A DNA stretch of 64,000 nt, taken from the human T2T-CHM13v2.0 reference genome, Homo sapiens. This document shows positions 54,950-64,000 of this stretch, one piece after another. The position numbers and the translations under genes are program-made. The stretch lies in the NCBI RefSeq assembly GCF_009914755.1, contig NC_060934.1. One strand, 5' to 3'. The notes beneath the pieces were generated by a model. The model searched no databases. It saw only the letters and a program-made list of their open reading frames with translations, and was not told where the DNA came from. Positions within the stretch are counted from its first letter, which is position 1. Each line of letters opens with the position of its first letter.

Positions 54950-55770
54950 CTTAAAGGCCAAAAAAACTATATGTATAAAACAAAAAGGATAAATATCCTA
55001 AATATATAAAATGTTTTGCAAATTAATAGGCAAAAATAACCCCAAATGCTACAGGAAAATGAATAGAAAAATACTGGGGGAAAAAGAAAAATACATCTAA
55101 AAAAAGCAACGGATAAAAATAATTAGAAGTGCTCTAGTTTTCAAAGACTTATTGTTTAAAAAAGCAAAACAAAAGATTGGCAAAGACTGAAAAAAGTGGG
55201 AACACCCAGTATTGTTTAAAAGGGAAATCAGTATTCACAACCTATTGCTTAAAATATAAATTGCTATGCTATTTTCTAGGAACATACTAGAAATTTAGTT
55301 ATACATATCAAGGGTCTAATAAAAGACATTGAATCCATCAATTTCAATTCTATAAATTTCTCAAGGTAAATGTTCAAATATGCAAATATATATTGAAGCT
55401 AATTTATGGCCATAATTTGTTACTAATGGTTGCTAATGATTGGGATTAGTGTGGGTCATCTATATATCTGATAGCTGTGATTCTTTAAATCATAGGAATA
55501 TAAATGGAATAATACACAACCATTAAAAATGTAAGAATATGTCACATATAGAATATATTTTCTATTAAAAACAAAATAATGGGTATAATATATTTTGATG
55601 CATTGTACATAAATTTATGTATATACATGGGAAAAATCAGAAAGTATATATGACAAAGTTTTAGGAGTGATCATCTCTTGGTGATATAATCTGAGGTAGT
55701 TTTAACTTTTTTCATTTCCTACAACTGTATTTCTTTTTTACTATCCATAGATTTTTTTATTTGCATATTT
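54950..55770 (+). mobile_element. Degenerate L1ME-like 3' fragments
   Basis: gattggcaaagactgaaaa...aacacccagtattg; tataaattg...tttctagg; acacaaccattaaaaa. Confidence 0.55.
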
Positions 55771-57696
55771 TAAATTTTCAAAAAATAGGTTAACCTGGAA
55801 CAAGAATTTTTTTAACGCTATTCTGCATGAGAAATGTAATGTTGTCAAGTTGCTTTAATTTTAAGTTAGTAGTTAATAAATAAAAAATAGGGAGTACAGG
55901 AGTAAGGTGGAGCTACCCACTTTAGGAGTAAAGCAGTAAAGAGCACTGATGATACTCTCTGTGACAAGATGTTCTTTATAGTTGGCACTTTGTCTTCCCT
56001 GTTATGTAAATACATCATTGGAAGCCTAAGTTCCATTTCAGTTTAAAGAGCTTAGCTGAGTTAGCTCAACTTTTTTTAACAGAAAACTTAATCAAATACT
56101 GAGATATCAACAGACCAGGGATGTTTTGATATTGTCACAAACTGAAAATAAAGGGCTCACAAATGTCATTCAAGAAATTAGTGAAAGTTAAAAAATACAA
56201 TAACTGAAACATTTTAAAAATCACGAGAGGGGTACAACAGCAGATTTGAACAAGCAGAATAAAGAATCAGCAAAATGAAGAGAAGTCAGTTGAGATTATC
56301 CAGCCTTAAAAACAGAAAAAAACAGAATGAAGAAAAATGAAGCAATAATTAGAGACCCATGAGACATCATCAAGTTCAACAAGTATGCATACACATTCTG
56401 CGGAATCCCAGAATAGAAGAGAAAGAAAAAGAGGAAAGAATGTTCAAAGAAATAATGACTAAACTTTTACCAAACTTTAAGAATAACATTAACCTACACA
56501 TCCAAGAAGCTCAGCAAATTCCAAGTAGTATAACACAATGCTAACTACACTTAGACACATGATAATTAAGCTGTCAAAAGATAAAGACAAAGAGAGAATC
56601 TTGAAAACAACACAAGAGTATCTCTTTATGTACAAGTGTTTTTCAGTAAGATTAACAGATGATTTAATATCAGAAAACATGGAGATAGATAGAAATCTGG
56701 AGATAGATAGAAATCAGAAGATAGTAAAATGACATTAAGACAGCTAAAAAGAAAAAGACTGTCAACTAAGAATTTTCTATATCAAGTATCACTATTCTTT
56801 AAATATAAAGGTGAAATTAAGAGGCTGTGCAATAAACAAATCTGAGATAAATTTGTTTTATAGCAGAGCTACCATAAAGCCTTGTCTAAGGGAGTCCTTA
56901 AGGCTTAAATGAAAATACACTAGACAGTGACATGAAAAATTAAAGAGAACCATTAAAGATAATTATGAAGATAAATATAAAGAACAAATTATAAATATAT
57001 TTTGGATTTTAATAATTGTTTTTCTCCTAAAAACAATTATTTAAAAAAACAACTGCATAAAATACTAATTATAAAACTGAGTTGATATACATACTTTTAT
57101 ATGCACAAATACGTAATTTTGTGCATGACAATAACAGCACAAAGAGGGGAAGAGGGAATGGGGTTATATAGGAGTAAAGTTTTGGCATATCCAATTGCAA
57201 AATATTGCATTAAGTTGGTATTAATTCAAAGTAAGTTGTCATAAATTATGATGTTGATTGCAACCTTCAGAGCAACGAATAAAAATAATTTTTAAAATAA
57301 TATTGTCAAAGAAATGAAAATAAAATTATACACTAGCACATATCCATTTAATACACAATAAAATAGTAATGAAGAAATAGAATAATAAGAATGTGTGACA
57401 AATAGAAAACAATAACCAATGGAAGATGTAAATCCTACCTTATCAGTAATTACATTACATTTAACTGTAGTAAATATTACAATTGAAGTAAACAGAATGA
57501 TAAAAAGAGTAAAAAATAAAAACAAACATGATCTAACTATATATCATCCATGACAGATACACTTTAGATTCAAAGACAAAAATAGGTTGCAATTAAAAAG
57601 ATGACAAAATATATACCAGGAAATAGTAACAAAAGTAAACTGGAATGGGTATAATAAATATTAGACAAATCAACTCTAAAACAAAACCTGTTACTA

Positions 57697-58195
<499 letters not shown>

Positions 58196-59566
58196 TTACC
58201 CAGTTGTGATAAATATTGAACAAGACAAAGATAATCAAGGAAATAGAAGACTTTAAGAAAACTATAAACCAATTAGACCTAACAAATATCTATAGAATAG
58301 TTCACTCAGCAACAGAATACACATGGTTCTCAAGCACACATGTAACATTCTCAAGGAGAGAGTATATATTAGCCAATAAAAATAAGTCTCAATCTATTTA
58401 AAGGAATGAAGTCATATAGAGTATGCTCTCCTACCACAATAGAATAAACTTAGAAGTGAATAACAGAAGAAAATTTCGAAAATTTGAGAAAATGTGGAAA
58501 TTAACACACACCTAAATAAGCAAGGGGTCAAAAAAGAGATCACAATAAAATCAGAAAATTTGTGATAAAAAAAACAAAAACACAAAGTACTAAAACTTTT
58601 TGGATCCAACAAAGACAGTCCTTGAGAAAATTATAAGAAAAAATATAGTAATAAAAAATTATAAGAGAAAATTATAGTATAAACACCACATTTAAAAAGA
58701 AAGTTCTGAAATCCATAACCTATACCTTCACTTTATGAAACTAGAAAAAGAAGACTAATACCCAAAGCAAATAGAGGTAGAAAGTAATAAATATTAGAGA
58801 GAAAATAAATAAAATAAGAAATAGAAAAACTAGAGATAACTGACATAACAAAATATTTTAAATAAATTAGCAGAACTGACAAAACTTTTAGCTAGAATAA
58901 CCAAGAAAACAAGAGAAAATCAAAATTAGAAATGAAAGAGGAGATATTACTATTGACCTTAGAGAAAAAGAAAGGATTTTGAAGAATTGTCTTTTTTTAT
59001 GTCATCAATTAGATAGCTTACATGAAATGGATAAATTCCTATACATACACAAACTACTAAAACTGATTTTTAACAGTTGAAATTCTGGATAGACATATAA
59101 CAAGAGATTGAATTAGTAATTAAAAAAACAACAAAAATTTCCCACAAGTAAAGGTCCAGTACCAAATTCACTGGTGAATTCTACCATACATTTAAAGAAA
59201 AATTAGCACAAATCCTTCACAAAGTCTGCCAAAAATTAGACCAGAAGAAAACACTTTTCAACTCATATTATGAGGCCACTGTTACTCTGATGGGAGGCAT
59301 CAAAGATTTCAAAAGAAAAAAAACAGATCAATATTTCTCATGAATATTGACACAAACATCCTCAACAAACAAACTAAATCAAGAAACACATAATATATAT
59401 CATAACCATGTGGAATTCATCTCAGAAATCCAGGGTTGAGTCAACATATGAAAGTCAACTACTATAATACATCATATTAATAAAGTATAGGACAAAATCT
59501 ATGTTATTAATAAAAGTCAAATACACACATCTCGAAAGGCACAGAAAAATCATTTGATGAAATCTA

Positions 59567-60016
<450 letters not shown>

Positions 60017-60666
60017 TTATCTGTATTTGCAAATGGCACAAACTTATATACACAAAATCCTGAGGAATCCACCAAAAAATTTTTAGAATTATTGACCAAA
60101 TTTAGCAAGTTAAAAAATACAAGATGCATATTCAAAATTCAATTGTAAAAAGCAATGTTTTCACGAAATAGAAAAAAACTGAATTGTATTTCTAAACACT
60201 AGCAACTAATAATCTTAAAATTAAATTAAGAAGATATTTTCATGTACAATAGCATTAGAAAGAACAAAGTAGAAGTACACTTATCAAGAAAAGTACAGGA
60301 TGTATACACTGAAAACTGCAAGTACTGCTGAAGGGAAATAAATGAATATGTAAATAAGTGTTTTCATGACTTAGGAGACTTAATATTGTTAAAATAGCAA
60401 TATGCCCAACACTGATCTACAGATTTAATGCAGTCACTAATAAAATTCCAACTTCATTTTTGGATGAAACTCACTAGCTGATCCTAAAATTCATTTTGAA
60501 ATGCAATGGACCCAAAATAGCCAAAACAATCTTGAAAAAGAAAAAAAACAAGGAGTCACTCTTCCCAATTTCAAAACTTACTACAAAGCTACAGTACTCC
60601 ATAGAGCAGTAGTACTGGGATAAGGAGAGAGGTATAGATCAATGGAATAAAATTGAGTCCCCAAAG

Positions 60667-60698
60667 GTGTGTGTGTGTGTGTGTGTATGTGTGTGTGT
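60667..60698. repeat. (GT)n microsatellite at the L1M breakpoint
   Basis: Direct reading of the sequence. Confidence 0.95.
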
Positions 60699-61808
60699 AG
60701 ATAGATAAATCTTCACACACTCATTCTCTCACATACCACTTACATGTATGTGCTAGTAATGTATATCATTGTCAATTTTAAAAAATATGTTATTTTATTA
60801 TTTTTGAAACAATTATTTAGGCTATGACTGAGGACCAATGGCCATCTGGTAGAAGAATATTTAAATTTCAAGGTTACTCATTTTGTGTAAAAGGAAAGCA
60901 GCCCTGTGAAAGGCTATAAGTGCTTCTATGCAGTTGGTAAAAAAATCAACCTAGATCCTGATCCAAATAGAACTCTTGATGAAATTACATTTTTTCCTGC
61001 CTTGATATCAATGGACACTTTCAAGTATTTTTGTTAGCTTTTATATAGATACTTCCCAGATGATAATAGAAAATAAAATTAGTAGTATCCTAGTAAATAT
61101 ATAAAGAAACAATTACATTACTTTTTAAGAGCGGTGAAACGGAAAAATATTATTGGACAGAGAAAGCAATGAATAATGTCTTTCTAACAGCTGGACTATA
61201 TGTATGAAATAATATAGAGCTTCTTCTTTACCAACCAATGCGCTTAATTGAATTCCACATCATGTGGGATGCACCCTTTTTTCTATCCACTGATTTGGAT
61301 TATATTATATCATTGTCCTACTATAAAGATGGAGGCACCTTCCTTGAGCTCTAACAACTGAACAGTGAATAAAAAGATGGACAAATTATCAAGCCCCAGA
61401 AGCCCAGCTTCTGTAATAAAACCCTTTGTTACTTTTCTAAAGTGATCCTTGAGAAATGCAGATGGGAAACAATACTTTCATTGATGAGAAATGAAAATTA
61501 CTCTCTCTTCTCTATGATGAAAATTTATGAGAACAAATAGCAAAAAGATAGCATAATGTCAAAGTGTTATAGTGAGAGCAGGTAAGAATATAACAGAAAA
61601 GTTTATTTCCACACTGTCCCCCTACCCCAACCTTTGGTTTCTGGTAGGAATGAGTGAAAGTTCTCCTTTTTATTAGACTCCACTGTCAAGTCAGAGCATC
61701 ATATATTGTTGCAGATTTAAATTGCTATTTTTCTTAATTACCTGGTTCAGATAAGCAAATGCCAGCTAGGCAAATTTTTTCGTTTAAAAGCCTTCAGGAG
61801 GTCTCTGC

Positions 61809-62451
61809 TTATATTAGTCTTCTATTGCTACATAACAAATTACCACAAAATCAGTGGCTTTAAACAAAATACATTTATTTTCTCACAGTTTGTGGAAGTC
61901 AGAAGTCTAGATGTGGCTTAACTCAGCCTTCTGCTTTTGGTCTCACAAGGCTACAATCAATAACTCAGGTGAGCTGTATTCTCATCTGAAGACTTGACTG
62001 GGGAAGCATCAGCTTCTAAGTTTTTTTCAGTTTGTTGGCAGATTAATTGTGGTTGTATGACTGATGGGCTCAAGCTTTTTGTTGGCTCTTCAGCTGGAGA
62101 CTATCCTCAACTCCTAGAGGCCACAAATAGTTGGTAGAGGCCCCCTGCAATTCCTGGACACATGAGGTTTTCCAACATCACTACTGAATTCATGAACCCT
62201 ACAAAGAGTTTCAGTCTGCTTAGGTGGAATCTTATGCAACATGAGTTAAATGGGAGTAACAGCTCATCATCTTTGCTATGTAACATAAACCAACCAGGGG
62301 AGTGATACTCATCACCTTTGTCATATGCTATTGTTTTAGTTTAGAAGAAAACTACAGTTCCTGCCTACGCTCAAGGGATGGGGATCACATAAGGGTATGT
62401 ACACTAAAAGCTTGGGGTAATGGGAAGTAGTCCTAGTGGCTGTCCACCACA
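61809..62451 (-). mobile_element. MLT1F/E-like MaLR LTR
   Basis: tattagtcttctattgctacataacaaattaccacaaa...tctcacagttt...gctgtccaccaca. Similar to 8273-8878. Confidence 0.8.
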
Positions 62452-63789
62452 CTGCTCTTTGGCTATTTTTGCACTCAGCAACTCATAGACAACACTTTAA
62501 AGTTTAAAAACATATCCTTGAAATAAGACAGACATTTTCTGGGACTCGTTTTGTGCTGCAATAACTAAAGGGCATTGCTTCCTTCAAGAACATCACTGCA
62601 ATAACAACCAGACAATTGGGGCTGAAAGGCTGGAGCTCTACAAGCAAGTTCATCATCAACACCCCATTGGTTATATCCATAAACCTCACATCAAAAGCCC
62701 CTGCAATAAGAATACAAATGCAACCCTAGACAGAGGCCAATTTAAAGAGACAAACCACAAGCTGCATTATAATCTCCCACGAAAGGGGGTAGTATGCATC
62801 CTTACACCTTTGTATTCTGAGACATACTTTATTTTGCTTCTAAAACTTGTAGGCTCAGCCTTTGGTTCCTTGAGGACCCAATTAATTGAAGGTCAAAGCA
62901 TAGAATTTCCTCTTTATTTCTTTTTTTTCAACTGCAATTGTCTGAAGTTAAAAACTCATGTATCTATGATATTCTAGAGATGAGTGGACCTGTGTTTGTC
63001 ACCTGTGCATATCTGTAAGGAGACAACAGTGCCCTTCAGGTGCTTGGTTCACTTTAAAAAAAAAAATAGATACTTTGTTTTCTTTTATTTTGAGAGAATA
63101 AATTATGCCTCAAACTCAGGTCTCAAATTGATGACAGAATGATTAAAATGTAAGCGTTTGTTCCTGCTTTTGACCTAGCATTGAATCACTTCCAAGGACA
63201 ACTCTCAATTCTGGAAAAAGTGATCAATTACTAGGAAAGAAAGCACATGGGTCTCTGCTGAAATAAGGGCAGTTGTGGATTAAGAGAACAAGTGAGCTTG
63301 GGTTGCCAGGAAACAGGCAACATGATTCATAAGTATTTATTTTTTTCCTTTTAGTTCTTAAAACTACCTTTCATGGTGACCTATTTTAGACATGCTCAAA
63401 GACTTAATTCCCACTATTAGGTAAGCCCAGGGAGTTAGTTATTTTGGTAACATAAAGCAGTTTTAAAGACTTTGTAAGCCACTTTGCTCATTGAGAAGAT
63501 AAATAGGATGGTGGAATGAATCATGCTGTAAACACCTCACCACCCATTATCCACCCCCCACCCGCCCGGAGGCCTTCCCAGGTGAACTCATTCCAACAGG
63601 CATTTGCATAAAAGACAAACTCATAAAAACTAAGTGGGAAAAAATTCACTCCAGCAAAAAGAAAGTATGTCCTGGCTTGGGTGGGAGGTGGAGTGGGGTA
63701 AGAGAAGGCAAAGGAAATGACTTGAATTACAGGCCAGAGAGAGACATTTCCAATAATTTCCATGGATTGAATTTAAAATGATGTCTATA

Positions 63790-63968
63790 CAGTAGTTCTC
63801 AATCTTGGCTGTACACTAGAATCACTCTGGGAGCATTTAGGAATGCAGATACCAGGGCCTAGTCTAGACTAATTATATGAACATCTCTAGAGATGAGGCC
63901 TGGCATGCACTGAATTTGAAAGCATCCCAGGTGTTTGTAATGTGCAGCTATGGTTGGAAACCCTTGCC
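63790..63968. mobile_element. MER5-like fossil
   Basis: cagtagttctcaatcttggctgtacactagaatcactctgggagc...ccaggtg...aatgtgcagc. Confidence 0.8.
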
Positions 63969-64000
63969 TAAAGCCAGAAAATAACAACTTTTTATGAATG

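Overview
AT-rich, repeat-dense primate genomic DNA, probably human or another catarrhine given the AluY, AluS and L1PA elements. It reads as intergenic or deep intronic. I recognise no intact protein-coding gene, RNA gene or CpG island. Most ORFs in the track come from Alu, L1, L2 or LTR sequence, or are chance ORFs. The window holds about 13 Alus, three large L1s (an internally deleted L1PB, a 5'-truncated L1PA and an old L1M), a ~4.2 kb ERV1 (MER4-group-like) internal segment without LTRs, many MaLR/ERVL LTRs, MER DNA-transposon fossils, L2, MIR and L3 relics, and microsatellites. Beyond ordinary repeats, the signals worth following are: a possible decayed multi-pass membrane-protein gene at 1-1600 (low confidence), templated-insertion or template-switch scars at 35.0 kb and 53.9-54.2 kb, a palindromic TTAYGTAA/GTAAGT array at 51.2 kb, a clear twin-primed L1 at 28.7 kb, and a few isolated exon-like segments. 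I cannot support a claim of a new biological system. Repeat subfamily names are from recall of consensus sequences, and boundaries without a stated target-site duplication (TSD) are approximate.
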